NCBI RefSeq assembly: GCF_030013595.1
Contig: NZ_CP122768.1
Length of the DNA: 64,000 nt
Direction: 5' to 3' (one strand)
DNA from: Escherichia coli
GTDB lineage: Bacteria; Pseudomonadota; Gammaproteobacteria; Enterobacterales; Enterobacteriaceae
A program made the translations under genes and the position numbers. Numbering within the stretch: the stretch's first letter is position 1; each line of letters opens with the position of its first letter. Under the pieces are notes generated by a model that was given only the letters and a program-made list of their open reading frames with translations, had not been told where the DNA came from and searched no databases. This document shows positions 1 to 14,319 of the stretch, in pieces.

Positions 1-171
1 CTTCATAAAGAATACCGACTCGGCCGTAACATCTGATTCTTTTAAAAATTGATTCTTTTTCATAAGCCATCACACTTTTTTGTCGTTAGCCAGCAAGAGC
101 CGTTTACTGTTAATCTGTCAGGGAGCCACCTCCCTAACAGTAGCAGAGATCTGCTTTTATATATTTATGCA

Positions 172-585
172 TTAACTGCCACGATAGGTTGAATACCCAT
201 ATTGGCTAAGTAATAAAGGCACATGATAATGCTCGTTCACTTTATTGATATGAAATTCAACGGGGATCTCAGGGAAGAAACTTTCAAGATTTTGTTTCTT
301 GAAATAGTCCCCGGTTTTAAATACGACACGGTAATCGCCCGTAGTTGCAGTTTGCTCGGGCCACAGTGCCTTAATTCGTCCATCCTTATCTGTTTTGGCG
401 GTATTAAGTTGTAACCAGCCGTTATCCGCTTTCTTTTCAAGAGTGACTGTCACGTCGGCAGCGGGTTTTCCTGTTTGCTGGTTCAAAATGTGCACGCTAA
501 GAATGTTTTGTTGTGCAGCATAGACCAAAGAAGGTAATGAAAATGCAGCCGTTACTACGGAGAGTACTAAATAACGCTTTAACAT
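172..585 (-). CDS. hiuH: 5-hydroxyisourate hydrolase (transthyretin-like periplasmic protein)
   Basis: 137-aa ORF with signal peptide and transthyretin-like C-terminal YRGS; K-12 synteny next to hprR. Confidence 0.85.
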   Translation of the reverse strand: MLKRYLVLSVVTAAFSLPSLVYAAQQNILSVHILNQQTGKPAADVTVTLEKKADNGWLQLNTAKTDKDGRIKALWPEQTATTGDYRVVFKTGDYFKKQNLESFFPEIPVEFHINKVNEHYHVPLLLSQYGYSTYRGS

Positions 586-717
586 GTTTATATCCTTGTC
601 ATGTGAATGAGTTTTGAGGATAGCGAAAAAGCGTCCAGGGTAACCTTACAGAAGCATTACAATTTTGTAATGAACCAGGCTGTTTCTATAACATATGATT
701 TATGGCATATTATTTTC

Positions 718-1389
718 ATGAAGATTTTACTTATTGAAGATAATCAAAGGACCCAGGAATGGGTAACGCAGGGGCTTTCCGAAGCGGGTTATGTCATTGA
801 TGCCGTTTCTGATGGCAGAGATGGGCTTTATCTTGCGCTGAAGGATGATTATGCATTGATCATTCTGGATATTATGCTTCCGGGTATGGATGGCTGGCAG
901 ATCTTACAAACGTTAAGAACAGCAAAGCAAACCCCTGTTATTTGCCTTACTGCAAGGGATTCTGTCGATGACAGAGTCAGAGGGCTGGAGAGTGGAGCAA
1001 ATGATTATCTGGTAAAACCTTTTTCATTTTCTGAGTTGCTGGCAAGGGTTCGGGCACAATTAAGGCAACATCACGCTTTGAATTCAACATTAGAAATCAG
1101 TGGCTTAAGAATGGACTCTGTTAGTCAAAGTGTGAGCAGGGACAATATCAGTATTACACTGACGCGCAAGGAGTTTCAGCTACTTTGGCTACTGGCCTCC
1201 AGAGCTGGCGAAATTATACCCAGAACGGTTATTGCGAGTGAAATTTGGGGAATCAACTTTGATAGTGATACCAATACGGTGGATGTCGCCATTCGCAGGC
1301 TCCGCGCAAAAGTTGATGATCCTTTTCCTGAAAAGCTAATCGCCACAATCCGGGGGATGGGCTATTCATTCGTAGCGGTAAAAAAATAA
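718..1389 (+). CDS. hprR: OmpR-family response regulator HprR (YedW); start taken at MKILLIEDN inside the longer 607..1389 ORF
   Basis: Receiver-domain N-terminus MKILLIEDN..., winged-helix C-terminus, 223 aa, stop overlaps hprS start (ATGA). Confidence 0.85.
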   Translation: MKILLIEDNQRTQEWVTQGLSEAGYVIDAVSDGRDGLYLALKDDYALIILDIMLPGMDGWQILQTLRTAKQTPVICLTARDSVDDRVRGLESGANDYLVKPFSFSELLARVRAQLRQHHALNSTLEISGLRMDSVSQSVSRDNISITLTRKEFQLLWLLASRAGEIIPRTVIASEIWGINFDSDTNTVDVAIRRLRAKVDDPFPEKLIATIRGMGYSFVAVKK

Positions 1390-2747
1390 TGAAAAGATTA
1401 TCTATAACCGTCCGTTTAACCTTGCTTTTTATATTGCTGCTGTCTGTTGCTGGCGCTGGAATTGTATGGACTCTCTATAATGGCCTGGCAAGTGAGTTGA
1501 AATGGCGCGATGATACAACACTCATTAACCGGACAGCGCAGATCAAGCAGTTGTTAATTGATGGGGTAAATCCAGATACGTTACCTGTGTACTTTAACCG
1601 GATGATGGATGTTAGTCAGGATATCTTGATCATTCATGGTGATGGCATCAATAAAATTGTTAACCGGACAAATGTCAGTGATGGCATGTTAAATAACATA
1701 CCTGCTAGTGAGACAATCAGCGCAGCTGGCATTTACAGAAGCATTATTAATGACACAGAGATAGATGCTTTACGAATTAATATTGATGAAGTTTCGCCAT
1801 CATTAACGGTTACTGTGGCTAAATTGGCTTCAGCCAGACATAACATGCTTGAACAGTATAAAATCAATAGCATTATAATTTGCATTGTCGCCATTATACT
1901 GTGCTCAGTATTAAGTCCGTTGTTAATCAGAACGGGGTTACGAGAGATCAAAAAGTTGAGTGGTGTAACGGAAGCGCTGAATTATAACGATAGCCGAGAG
2001 CCTGTTGAAGTTAGCGCATTACCGAGAGAACTAAAACCTCTTGGGCAGGCGTTGAATAAAATGCACCAAGCCTTAGTCAAAGATTTTGAACGCCTTAGTC
2101 AATTTGCTGACGATCTCGCTCATGAACTTAGAACGCCAATTAATGCATTACTGGGTCAGAATCAGGTTACGCTCAGTCAAACCAGAAGTATCGCTGAATA
2201 TCAAAAAACAATTGCCGGAAACATTGAAGAGCTGGAAAATATTTCGCGGTTAACAGAGAACATACTGTTTCTTGCCAGGGCAGATAAAAACAATGTTTTG
2301 GTGAAACTGGATTCGCTTTCTCTCAATAAGGAAGTCGAAAATTTGTTGGACTATCTTGAATACCTTTCAGACGAGAAAGAGATTTGCTTTAAGGTCGAGT
2401 GCAATCAGCAAATTTTTGCGGATAAAATTTTACTGCAACGAATGTTATCGAATCTTATTGTTAACGCTATTCGATATTCACCAGAAAAATCGCGCATTCT
2501 TATAACCAGTTTTCTTGATACCAACGGTTCTCTTAATATTGATATCGCCAGTCCTGGAACGAAAATTCATGAGCCTGAAAAACTCTTCCGTAGATTTTGG
2601 CGGGGAGATAATTCGCGTCATTCCGTAGGTCAGGGACTTGGTCTTTCTTTAGTCAAAGCGATTGCCGAATTGCATGGGGGAAGTGCTACGTATCACTATC
2701 TCAATAAGCATAATGTGTTCCGGATTACGTTACCGCAAAGAAATTAA
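1389..2747 (+). CDS. hprS: sensor histidine kinase HprS (YedV)
   Basis: 452 aa with TM segments, H-box ELRTPIN and HATPase motifs; coupled to hprR. Confidence 0.85.
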   Translation: MKRLSITVRLTLLFILLLSVAGAGIVWTLYNGLASELKWRDDTTLINRTAQIKQLLIDGVNPDTLPVYFNRMMDVSQDILIIHGDGINKIVNRTNVSDGMLNNIPASETISAAGIYRSIINDTEIDALRINIDEVSPSLTVTVAKLASARHNMLEQYKINSIIICIVAIILCSVLSPLLIRTGLREIKKLSGVTEALNYNDSREPVEVSALPRELKPLGQALNKMHQALVKDFERLSQFADDLAHELRTPINALLGQNQVTLSQTRSIAEYQKTIAGNIEELENISRLTENILFLARADKNNVLVKLDSLSLNKEVENLLDYLEYLSDEKEICFKVECNQQIFADKILLQRMLSNLIVNAIRYSPEKSRILITSFLDTNGSLNIDIASPGTKIHEPEKLFRRFWRGDNSRHSVGQGLGLSLVKAIAELHGGSATYHYLNKHNVFRITLPQRN

Positions 2748-2853
2748 CATAGGGCTTCAGTACGCCATAAATTAACCGTGAAAAACGCAGCCACGTCGTG
2801 AGTACTAACGCGGCTGCGATTGATTATGCGCTTACATTCAAACGTAACAGGGA

Positions 2854-3705
2854 TTAACCCGCGTAAGCTGCCAGCATTTCCTGCGCCGCCAGTTTACCCA
2901 ACGCATTCGCTGCGAAAGGACTGTCGCCGGTGAGAACTTTACGGTCCTTATGTACTCGCCCGGTGATGTCGTCATTAATGATGTTCATGCCCATTTTCTT
3001 CAGCTCTTCGCCAAAGTACCAGGTGAGATGACCCGGCATATAGCCTATCTCTGGTGTTTGTTTGTCTGCGGCGTCTGGGAATGCGCAAATGGAATAACCA
3101 TTCAGTGGGTTATCGCCGTGGCGAAGTGCCAGAAAAGCCGCCGGGCCGTGGCAAAGGGAGATAACAAAACGGTCATTTTTGATTGCCCACTGTAAAGCGG
3201 CAGCTACGTCCTGGCTTTCAGGTAAACCAATAAGTGCGCCATGACCACCAGGAACAAAGATTGCTGCATATTCGCTGTCAGCGTTGAGGCTGGCGACAAC
3301 ATCCGCGAGTTTCTTCGGATTGCGGAACAAAGATTTATGCTGCTCAAAGAATGGCATTACTTTTTCATCTTTGTGCGGCATAGCCCAGTATTCAAACTTG
3401 GTCATCAGACCGGAAATGGTCGCCACTTCGAATTCGAAACCTGCAGCGTGGAGATGATACAACGGCAGCAATGTTTCAATCGGATGGTTACCGGTCGAGA
3501 ACAGTTTTCCGTTATCGGTCGGCAAATAACGTTCGTCCGCGGCGATCACCAGAATTTTATGTTTACCGCGATACGGTTTTGGATAGTCCACGCCATCAAG
3601 ATCAGAGACAGGACTGGTATATTGGCTAAGCGAATATTCTGAAGGGAAGAATGCATTATCTTCAGCAATATCGACCTGCGGATTTTTACTTGTTTGAACA
3701 GTCAT
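2854..3705 (-). CDS. hchA: Hsp31 glyoxalase III / chaperone (DJ-1/PfpI family)
   Basis: 283-aa ORF matching the HchA sequence (MTVQTSKNPQVDIAED...). Confidence 0.9.
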   Translation of the reverse strand: MTVQTSKNPQVDIAEDNAFFPSEYSLSQYTSPVSDLDGVDYPKPYRGKHKILVIAADERYLPTDNGKLFSTGNHPIETLLPLYHLHAAGFEFEVATISGLMTKFEYWAMPHKDEKVMPFFEQHKSLFRNPKKLADVVASLNADSEYAAIFVPGGHGALIGLPESQDVAAALQWAIKNDRFVISLCHGPAAFLALRHGDNPLNGYSICAFPDAADKQTPEIGYMPGHLTWYFGEELKKMGMNIINDDITGRVHKDRKVLTGDSPFAANALGKLAAQEMLAAYAG

Positions 3706-4295
3706 AGTGTATTCCTTATTGTTGCTTAGTTAGGGTAGTCACTATATTTGCGACTGAGCTGGTCGCTATTTTTAACCAGGCTGGAAAATTGAGTCAATAT
3801 ATCGAAAGCGGTAGTCGTGGGTGTAAGTATGTAATGATGATGCTGCACTGGTGTTGAATATTATTCACGCCAAATTTTCCTTATTGAGCTACGTCGTCGC
3901 AAGTGGCCTCAATGATTTTAGACCATTATCAGAGGTACGGGGCGGCGGGGAGAGATTTAGTGCTGTGGAATATCGTGGTGCTGATGAATATTTATATCCC
4001 GGATTGGCAGAGAAAAAGCTTTTTTCATGCACTATTTTTGCAAATATTTCTATATGGGGGGCGGTTTTGTTGCAGATTAATTCATAAAGAAATGCATTTG
4101 GGTGTTGGCTGGAAGAGACGCTGGTAGATTTTATTGAGCCAGGAGGGGCGGGGTAATGTGCTGTATCGATATGCTTTGGCAAATGCGTGTGCCGCAGATG
4201 GAGATGAAATGCCAATAAAAAAGCCTGAGTTCGATGAGGGACGAACTCAGGCTATTGTTAAGTTTTACAGTAACACGCCGCGGCGCGTTGGCTGA

Positions 4296-5483
4296 TTAGA
4301 ACTGGTAGACTAAGCCCACAGCTACGATATCATCGGTAGCGATGCCGTTTTCTTTGTAGAAGTCGTCGTCGTTGTCCAGCAGGTTGATTTTGTAATCAAC
4401 GTAGGTGGACATGTTTTTGTTGAAGTAGTAGGTCATACCAATATCAACATATTTAACCAGATCTTTGTTGGTGTAATGATGATTGCCCTGGCTGTCGAAG
4501 TTATCACTATTTACACCGCCTAAATCCTTACCTTTAGATTGCAGGTAAGCGATGGACGGGCGCAGACCGAAGTCGAACTGATACTGAGCAACCACTTCAA
4601 AGTTTTGGGTTTTGTTAGCGATCGCATCAGCATCACCGTAACCAGTCATGTTACGGGTTTCAGCATACATAGCTGCTAAGTAAACGTTATTAGCGTCGTA
4701 TTTAGCACCAACGGTCCATGCTTCTGCTGTTTCACCGCCAGCAGTTGCATCGAAGCGATCTCCATAACGAGTGTTATGAGTACCTTTGTGAACCTGATTG
4801 TCGGTACGGTCAGAGTTAGAGTAAGCAGCGCCCAGACTTAAACCAAAGTCAAAGTCATAGGAAGTGGACATACCGAAGCCGTCGCCGTTCTCTTTAGCTA
4901 ACTTACGGCCATTACCGTTACCAGAACCTTCCTGACCGAATAATCCATCATCTTCATTATTACCCTGATATTGCAGAGCAAAGTTCAGGCCATCGACCTG
5001 GCCAAAGAAGCCATTGTTACGGTAGGTTGCAACACCATTAGCACGACCGTTCATGAAGTTGTCGGCACCAGCATAGGTATCGCCACCAAATTCTGGCAGC
5101 ATATCGGTCCATGCTTCGATGTCATATACGACACCGTAGTTACGACCATAGTCGAAAGTACCATTCTGACCAAAGCCTAAACCTGCAAATGCCAGACGCG
5201 TTGCGGTATTACCTTTGTCGCTTTCAGGACCGTTTGCGCCAATGTTAAATTCCCACTGACCATAACCAGTGAATTGGTCAGCGATCTGAGTTTCACCTTT
5301 GAAACCGATACGGGCATATGACATGTCGCCATCGCTGCCAGCATCATCAGAGAAGTAGTGCAGGCCCGCTACTTTTCCGTACAAATCCAGTTTATTACCA
5401 TCTTTATTATAGACTTCAGCCGCATTTGCTGCGCCAGCAACTAATAACGCCGGGACCAGCATTGCCAGAACTTTTCTTTTCAT
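4296..5483 (-). CDS. yedS: OmpC/OmpN-family general porin, intact (yedS-like; yedS is a pseudogene in K-12)
   Basis: Signal peptide [21 protein letters not shown], porin beta-barrel with C-terminal ...GLVYQF; start trimmed from the 5513 ORF. Confidence 0.8.
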   Translation of the reverse strand: MKRKVLAMLVPALLVAGAANAAEVYNKDGNKLDLYGKVAGLHYFSDDAGSDGDMSYARIGFKGETQIADQFTGYGQWEFNIGANGPESDKGNTATRLAFAGLGFGQNGTFDYGRNYGVVYDIEAWTDMLPEFGGDTYAGADNFMNGRANGVATYRNNGFFGQVDGLNFALQYQGNNEDDGLFGQEGSGNGNGRKLAKENGDGFGMSTSYDFDFGLSLGAAYSNSDRTDNQVHKGTHNTRYGDRFDATAGGETAEAWTVGAKYDANNVYLAAMYAETRNMTGYGDADAIANKTQNFEVVAQYQFDFGLRPSIAYLQSKGKDLGGVNSDNFDSQGNHHYTNKDLVKYVDIGMTYYFNKNMSTYVDYKINLLDNDDDFYKENGIATDDIVAVGLVYQF

Positions 5484-6030
5484 TATGTATTCCCTTGTGA
5501 TTATAATCTTCATGAATATATCAATAAGTGCTGTTATCCAAAAAAAAGCACATTTGGATACTATTCTATGAAGTTCATTTTATTTTAAAGATTACATGTA
5601 ACAAATGTATTTAAAAGATTTCAAAATGTTTCCAATCTGTTTAATATAATTCAGAATTATGAATTCTGAATATAAATATTCACGAATATTATGAATGCAT
5701 ATCAATATGTTATGAGTTGAGCGGAAACATAGGGAGTATCAATGATTGTTGTGCTAAACGGCTGGTGTGATCTCGCGCACATTAATGAAGGCATAAAAAA
5801 AGCCGGCATCATGCCGGCCCAAAAAATATAAACAAGACGATAAAAGGCTAATAACGGAAGCATCATGACACAGAATAATAAAAAGGGATAATTGTAATCA
5901 GTGCTAATATATTGATTGAATGAATTAATAAAGCCGATATCAAAGATAAATAAAATCGCTCAAAACGATTTTTCCTGTATTCACTGCCATTGCGCAAAAA
6001 TTATCTATTTGTTCAAAAAATGATTGAGTC

Positions 6031-6414
6031 TTGACTGGCTCATCCAATGTGGAAAAATGTGACTTTTATCACATAATAGTACTAAGTCTGAATTTTCCGG
6101 GTTATCTCAAAATGGAATACGGTTCGACAAAGATGGAAGAGAGACTCACTCGCAGCCCTGGTGGCAAATTGGCTTTGTGGGCTTTCTATACATGGTGTGG
6201 CTATTTTGTCTGGGCAATGGCGCGTTACATCTGGGTGATGAGCCGGATCCCCGATGCCCCCGTGTCGGGATTTGAAAGCGATTTAGGCTCTACCGCGGGA
6301 AAGTGGTTAGGGGCACTGGTTGGCTTTTTATTTATGGCTCTGGTCGGGGCATTGTTAGGCAGCATTGCCTGGTACACCCGACCTCGTCCCGCACGTAGCA
6401 GACGCTATGAATAA
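6031..6414 (+). CDS. yedR: small inner-membrane protein YedR (start uncertain: TTG 6031, GTG 6049 or ATG 6112)
   Basis: Two predicted TM helices, K-12 synteny between yedS and yedJ. Confidence 0.6.
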   Translation: MTGSSNVEKCDFYHIIVLSLNFPGYLKMEYGSTKMEERLTRSPGGKLALWAFYTWCGYFVWAMARYIWVMSRIPDAPVSGFESDLGSTAGKWLGALVGFLFMALVGALLGSIAWYTRPRPARSRRYE

Positions 6415-6452
6415 AAACTGCTAAGGTTGCGACCCTTGGCAACGGAGCGCGT

Positions 6453-7148
6453 ATGGACGTACAACACTGGCAGGTACAGTTCGAAAACTGGTTGAAAAAC
6501 CATCATCAGCACCAGGACGCGGCCCATGACGTGTGTCATTTTCGCCGCGTCTGGGCTACGGCACAGAAGCTGGCGGCAGATGACGATGTCGATATGCTGG
6601 TGATTTTAACCGCCTGTTATTTTCACGATATTGTGAGCCTGGCGAAAGATCATCCGCAACGGCAGCGTTCTTCAATCCTGGCGGCAGAAGAGACGCGTCG
6701 CCTGCTCCGTGAAGAGTTCGTGCAATTTCCGGCGGAGAAAATTGAGGCCGTTTGTCATGCCATTGCCGCGCACAGTTTCAGCGCGCAAATCGCCCCCTTA
6801 ACAACGGAAGCTAAAATCGTCCAGGATGCGGATCGGCTGGAAGCCCTGGGGGCGATTGGCCTGGCGCGCGTGTTTGCCGTTTCAGGGGCATTGGGCGTGG
6901 CGCTGTTTGATGGCGAAGATCCGTTCGCACAGCATCGCCCGCTGGATGATAAACGCTACGCGCTGGATCATTTCCAGACTAAGTTGCTGAAGCTACCGCA
7001 AACCATGCAAACCGCAAGAGGCAAGCAGCTGGCGCAGCACAACGCGCAATTTTTAGTCGAGTTTATGGCGAAGCTCAGTGCCGAACTGGCGGGGGAGAAT
7101 GAAGGTGTCGATCACAAGGTGATAGATGCGTTTTCACCCGCGGGCTGA
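6453..7148 (+). CDS. yedJ: HD-domain phosphohydrolase YedJ
   Basis: 231 aa with HD motif (CYFHDI); synteny upstream of dcm. Confidence 0.8.
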   Translation: MDVQHWQVQFENWLKNHHQHQDAAHDVCHFRRVWATAQKLAADDDVDMLVILTACYFHDIVSLAKDHPQRQRSSILAAEETRRLLREEFVQFPAEKIEAVCHAIAAHSFSAQIAPLTTEAKIVQDADRLEALGAIGLARVFAVSGALGVALFDGEDPFAQHRPLDDKRYALDHFQTKLLKLPQTMQTARGKQLAQHNAQFLVEFMAKLSAELAGENEGVDHKVIDAFSPAG

Positions 7149-7214
7149 GCGCGTGGCCCTAAATGGCTGTAATTATGTTAACCTGTCGGCCATCTCAGAT
7201 GGCCGGTTAAATCT

Positions 7215-8633
7215 ATGCAGGAAAATATATCAGTAACCGATTTATACAGCACCGGGAATGCCGCACAGGCAATGCTGGAGAAACTGCTGCAAATTTATGA
7301 TGTTAAAACGCTGGTGGCGCAGCTTAATGGTGTGGGTGAGAATCACTGGAGCGCGGCAATTTTAAAACGTGCGCTGGCGAATGACTCGGCATGGCATCGT
7401 TTAAGTGAGAAAGAGTTCGCCCATCTGCAAACGTTGTTACCCAAACCACCGGCACATCATCCGCATTATGCGTTTCGCTTTATCGATCTATTTGCCGGAA
7501 TTGGCGGCATCCGTCGCGGTTTTGAATCGATTGGCGGACAGTGCGTGTTTACCAGCGAATGGAACAAACATGCGGTACGCACTTATAAAGCCAATCATTA
7601 TTGCGACCCGGCGACGCATCATTTTAATGAAGATATCCGCGACATCACCCTCAGCCATAAAGACGGCGTGAGTGATGAGGCGGCGGCGGAACATATTCGT
7701 CAACACATTCCTGAACACGATGTATTACTGGCGGGTTTTCCTTGTCAGCCATTTTCGCTGGCTGGCGTATCGAAAAAGAACTCGCTCGGGCGGGCGCATG
7801 GTTTTGCCTGCGATACCCAGGGCACGCTGTTCTTTGATGTGGTGCGCATTATCGACGCGCGTCGTCCGGCGATGTTTGTGCTCGAAAACGTCAAAAACCT
7901 GAAAAGTCACGATAAAGGAAAAACGTTCCGCATCATCATGCAGACGCTGGAGGAACTGGGCTATGACGTGGCTGATGCAGAAGATAACGGGCCGGACGAT
8001 CCGAAAATCATCGATGGTAAACATTTCCTGCCGCAGCACCGTGAACGCATCGTGCTGGTGGGGTTTCGTCGCGATCTGAATCTGAAAGCCGATTTTACCC
8101 TGCGTGATATCAGCGAATGTTTCCCTGCGCAGCGAGTGACGCTGGCCCAGCTGCTGGACCCGATGGTCGAGGCGAAATATATCCTGACGCCGGTGTTGTG
8201 GAAGTACCTCTATCGTTATGCGAAAAAACATCAGGCACGCGGTAACGGCTTCGGTTATGGAATGGTTTATCCGAACAATCCGCAAAGCGTCACGCGTACG
8301 CTGTCTGCGCGTTATTACAAAGATGGCGCGGAAATTTTAATCGATCGCGGTTGGGATATGGCCACGGGTGAGAAAGACTTTGACGATCCGCTGAATCATC
8401 AACATCGTCCACGTCGGTTAACGCCTCGGGAATGCGCGCGCTTAATGGGTTTTGAAGCGCCGGGAGAAGCGAAATTCCGCATTCCGGTTTCGGACACTCA
8501 GGCCTATCGCCAGTTCGGTAACTCGGTGGTCGTACCGGTCTTTGCCGCGGTGGCAAAACTGCTTGAGCCAAAAATCAAACAGGCGGTGGCGTTGCGTCAG
8601 CAAGAGGCACAACATGGCCGACGTTCACGATAA
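7215..8633 (+). CDS. dcm: DNA-cytosine C5 methyltransferase Dcm (CCWGG)
   Basis: 472 aa; motifs FAGIGG, PCQPFS, ENV. Confidence 0.9.
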   Translation: MQENISVTDLYSTGNAAQAMLEKLLQIYDVKTLVAQLNGVGENHWSAAILKRALANDSAWHRLSEKEFAHLQTLLPKPPAHHPHYAFRFIDLFAGIGGIRRGFESIGGQCVFTSEWNKHAVRTYKANHYCDPATHHFNEDIRDITLSHKDGVSDEAAAEHIRQHIPEHDVLLAGFPCQPFSLAGVSKKNSLGRAHGFACDTQGTLFFDVVRIIDARRPAMFVLENVKNLKSHDKGKTFRIIMQTLEELGYDVADAEDNGPDDPKIIDGKHFLPQHRERIVLVGFRRDLNLKADFTLRDISECFPAQRVTLAQLLDPMVEAKYILTPVLWKYLYRYAKKHQARGNGFGYGMVYPNNPQSVTRTLSARYYKDGAEILIDRGWDMATGEKDFDDPLNHQHRPRRLTPRECARLMGFEAPGEAKFRIPVSDTQAYRQFGNSVVVPVFAAVAKLLEPKIKQAVALRQQEAQHGRRSR

Positions 8634-9084
8634 GGCCACACGCAGCAAAAATATGCGCGCAATTGCCACGCGTGATACGGCGATTGAGAAGCGTCTCGCC
8701 AGTTTGTTAACCGGGCAGGGACTGGCGTTTCGCGTTCAGGACGCCAGTCTGCCCGGACGCCCGGATTTTGTCGTTGATGAATATCGCTGCGTGATATTTA
8801 CCCACGGCTGCTTCTGGCATCATCATCACTGCTATCTGTTTAAAGTGCCTGCGACTCGAACCGAGTTCTGGCTGGAGAAGATAGGTAAAAATGTTGAGCG
8901 GGATCGCCGTGATATCAGTCGCTTGCAGGAGCTTGACTGGCGTGTACTGATTGTCTGGGAGTGTGCGTTACGTGGGCGCGAGAAGCTGACGGATGAAGCG
9001 CTTACCGAGCGTCTGGAAGAGTGGATCTGCGGCGAAGGTGCCAGCGCGCAGATCGACACGCAGGGGATTCATTTACTCGCTTGA
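8614..9084 (+). CDS. vsr: very-short-patch repair endonuclease Vsr; 5' end overlaps dcm 3' end in a different frame
   Basis: ATG at 8614 gives [17 protein letters not shown]... 156 aa; ORF-track entry 8452..9084 is the extended frame. Confidence 0.85.
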   Translation: MADVHDKATRSKNMRAIATRDTAIEKRLASLLTGQGLAFRVQDASLPGRPDFVVDEYRCVIFTHGCFWHHHHCYLFKVPATRTEFWLEKIGKNVERDRRDISRLQELDWRVLIVWECALRGREKLTDEALTERLEEWICGEGASAQIDTQGIHLLA

Positions 9085-9993
9085 TGCGTCCTGAATAACT
9101 GGCGCAACTACGGGTTTGGCCGGGAAGAGATATTTTCCCAACGTGACCAGTACCACTGCGAAGACAATTACGCCGAGCGCCAGCCATTCAATCTTCGACA
9201 GCGTCTCTCCGCCCAGTCCCGTACCCAGCAAGACCGCGACCACCGGGTTAACGTAGGCGTAGCTGGTGGCGAGAGCCGGACTGACGTTGCGGATTAAATA
9301 CATATAAGCGTTAATGGCGATAATCGAACCAAACAGCGCCAGATAGCCGACCGCAAGGAAGCCTGAAAGGGAAGGGAGCGCCGTCAGTTTTTCACCCGCA
9401 ATTATCGACGCGATCATTAACACCACGCCTGCCGCCAGCATCTCAATCGCACCCGCCATCATCCCTACAGGTAAGGTAATGCGCGAGCCATAAACCGAGC
9501 CAAACGCCCAGCTAATCGAGCCGATTAAAATCAGAATCGCGCCCCACGGATTGCCGCTTAAATTTCCACCGCTATTGAGCATGATGATTCCGGCAAGCCC
9601 AATGGCGATACCCACCCATTCCAGTTTGCGCGTTTTAATGCCAAACAGGCGGCTGAAGCACAGGGTAAAGAGGGGCACGGTTGCAACCACTACGGCGGCG
9701 ATGCCGGAAGGAACATTTTGATGTTCGGCAACCGTCACCATGCCATTACCGACAGCCAGCAATAACAGGCCAATCAGCGCGGCATTGAGCAACGGACGTA
9801 GCGGGGGGAGTTTGTGTCCGCGCAGTAGCAAAAATGCCAGCAATAAAATACCGGCTGCCAGGAATCGAACGCCCGCCATCATTAACGGAGGCCAGCTTTC
9901 CACGCCAATCCGAATGACAAAATAGGTTGAGCCCCAAATGATATACAACGCAAACAGCGCGCCAAAAAGCGGTAACAACTGGCGGAAACGCAT
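9073..9993 (-). CDS. yedA: EamA/DMT-family inner-membrane transporter YedA
   Basis: 306 aa, 10 TM, tandem EamA domains. Confidence 0.85.
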   Translation of the reverse strand: MRFRQLLPLFGALFALYIIWGSTYFVIRIGVESWPPLMMAGVRFLAAGILLLAFLLLRGHKLPPLRPLLNAALIGLLLLAVGNGMVTVAEHQNVPSGIAAVVVATVPLFTLCFSRLFGIKTRKLEWVGIAIGLAGIIMLNSGGNLSGNPWGAILILIGSISWAFGSVYGSRITLPVGMMAGAIEMLAAGVVLMIASIIAGEKLTALPSLSGFLAVGYLALFGSIIAINAYMYLIRNVSPALATSYAYVNPVVAVLLGTGLGGETLSKIEWLALGVIVFAVVLVTLGKYLFPAKPVVAPVIQDASSE

Positions 9994-10165
9994 AATCCCT
10001 CACGGTGGAAATAAAAAGGTGGGTCATAGTAAACGTGAAAATCATTCTGCTGGCGAGAGATATAATTGCACTTGATTGTTAAAAAAATGTTGACCTGTGA
10101 AGCAAGTATCAGAGCTGCCGTTTTTGCTTCATACTTACACCCTTCAACAATAAAAATGAGAGGGA

Positions 10166-11083
10166 ATGCTTTTGGCCGGGAGTAGTTTACTGACGTTGCT
10201 CGATGATATCGCCACACTGCTGGACGATATTTCCGTGATGGGCAAACTGGCGGCGAAGAAAACCGCCGGTGTATTAGGGGATGACTTATCGCTCAATGCG
10301 CAACAAGTTTCAGGCGTGCGGGCCAACCGGGAACTTCCCGTGGTCTGGGGCGTGGCGAAAGGATCGCTGATCAATAAAGTGATTCTGGTGCCGCTGGCGC
10401 TGATCATCAGTGCGTTTATCCCGTGGGCGATTACGCCACTGTTGATGATTGGCGGCGCGTTTCTCTGCTTTGAAGGGGTAGAGAAAGTGCTGCATATGCT
10501 GGAGGCGCGTAAACATAAAGAAGATCCGGCGCAGAGTCAGCAACGTCTGGAGAAGCTGGCGGCGCAGGATCCGCTGAAGTTTGAAAAGGACAAAATAAAA
10601 GGGGCGATTCGTACCGATTTTATATTGTCTGCGGAAATTGTCGCCATCACGCTGGGGATTGTGGCCGAAGCGCCGTTGCTTAATCAGGTGCTGGTGCTTT
10701 CAGGCATCGCGCTGGTAGTGACCGTGGGCGTCTACGGTCTGGTAGGGGTTATCGTTAAGATTGATGACCTGGGGTATTGGCTGGCGGAAAAATCCAGCGC
10801 ACTGATGCAGGCATTAGGTAAAGGGTTATTGATCATTGCGCCCTGGCTGATGAAAGCGTTATCGATTGTCGGCACGCTGGCGATGTTCCTCGTCGGCGGT
10901 GGGATTGTGGTACATGGAATTGCGCCGCTGCATCACGCCATTGAACATTTCGCCGGGCAGCAAAGTGCAGTGGTGGCGATGATATTACCGACTGTTTTAA
11001 ATCTGATTCTTGGTTTTATCATCGGCGGCATCGTGGTGCTGGGAGTGAAAGCAGTAGCGAAAATGCGTGGTCAGGCACATTAA
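10166..11083 (+). CDS. yedI: DUF808 inner-membrane protein YedI
   Basis: 305 aa, multi-TM, synteny. Confidence 0.8.
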   Translation: MLLAGSSLLTLLDDIATLLDDISVMGKLAAKKTAGVLGDDLSLNAQQVSGVRANRELPVVWGVAKGSLINKVILVPLALIISAFIPWAITPLLMIGGAFLCFEGVEKVLHMLEARKHKEDPAQSQQRLEKLAAQDPLKFEKDKIKGAIRTDFILSAEIVAITLGIVAEAPLLNQVLVLSGIALVVTVGVYGLVGVIVKIDDLGYWLAEKSSALMQALGKGLLIIAPWLMKALSIVGTLAMFLVGGGIVVHGIAPLHHAIEHFAGQQSAVVAMILPTVLNLILGFIIGGIVVLGVKAVAKMRGQAH

Positions 11084-11161
11084 TACTCGCACTGGCTATT
11101 ATGCAAAATTCGCCATCTTCAACTAAGGTGAACAAGTTTCACTCGAAAAAAGGAGGCGAGT

Positions 11162-11404
11162 ATGAGCTTTATGGTTAGTGAGGAAGTTACGGTTAAAGAG
11201 GGCGGCCCGCGGATGATTGTCACTGGATACTCCAGCGGTATGGTTGAGTGTCGTTGGTATGACGGTTACGGGGTCAAGCGGGAAGCTTTTCATGAAACCG
11301 AGCTTGTTCCGGGGAGGGGAGTCGTCCTGCGGAAGAAGTTTGAAAGGGTATCATTAACACCAGGCCGGATCACATCCGGCCTGGTGTACCAATGCCTGCA
11401 ATGA
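11162..11404 (+). CDS. yodC: small DUF2158 protein YodC (80-aa form; the 3' end runs through a REP-like hairpin)
   Basis: MSFMVSEEVTVKEGGPRMIVTGY... ; perfect hairpin caggccggat-cacat-atccggcctg at 11361-11385 lies inside the ORF 3' end. Confidence 0.55.
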   Translation: MSFMVSEEVTVKEGGPRMIVTGYSSGMVECRWYDGYGVKREAFHETELVPGRGVVLRKKFERVSLTPGRITSGLVYQCLQ

Positions 11405-11498
11405 ATGATAGTCGCGTCTTATCATGCCACCATTATAAAATTATCGCTGTTTTGCGGTACGTTATCGCCGGGTTATGCCAGAATCATAAAAAAGCAGG

Positions 11499-14038
<2,540 letters not shown>

Positions 14039-14288
14039 TTACCAGGATGATTCTCAAAACAGCACAAATTATCAAAGATGATTTTTTCGGGAGCGATCCC
14101 GTTGACGCCAGAGCCACCAAGGGGTGACGCGCGTCACATTTCTATTCATAAGTAGCGTTAATCATTCATATCACGAATATTTTCTTGTCAGCGAAAAAAA
14201 TTGCGGATAAGGTGATGAACACATCAGATTTCCTGGTGTAACGAATTTTTTAAGTGCTTCTTGCTTAAGCAAGTTTCATCCCGACCCC

Positions 14289-14319
14289 CTCAGGGTCGGG
14301 ATTTTTTTATTGTGCATTC
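14289..14319 (+). terminator. rho-independent terminator (cccgaccc-cctca-gggtcggg + T7), possibly bidirectional
   Basis: GC stem followed by TTTTTTT on the + strand; lies at the 3' end of yodD (minus), which sees it as an A-tract before the stem. Confidence 0.5.

Noticed and set aside
607-717. N-terminal extension of the hprR ORF ([12 protein letters not shown]...)
   Set aside because: The response-regulator receiver domain begins at MKILLIEDN (718) and the K-12 protein is 223 aa, so the extension is upstream non-coding read-through.
3851-4215. ORFs of 74-108 aa in the hchA-porin intergenic region
   Set aside because: Low-complexity, overlapping on both strands, no RBS; the region is promoter/leader DNA.
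7725-8285. 186-aa antisense ORF inside dcm (and similar antisense ORFs inside fliI, fliF, fliH, fliK, tcyJ, tcyN, uvrC, amyA, the porin and prophage genes)
   Set aside because: They lie wholly within well-supported genes on the opposite strand or in another frame. No RBS and no homology signal. These are typical shadow ORFs of GC-rich coding DNA.
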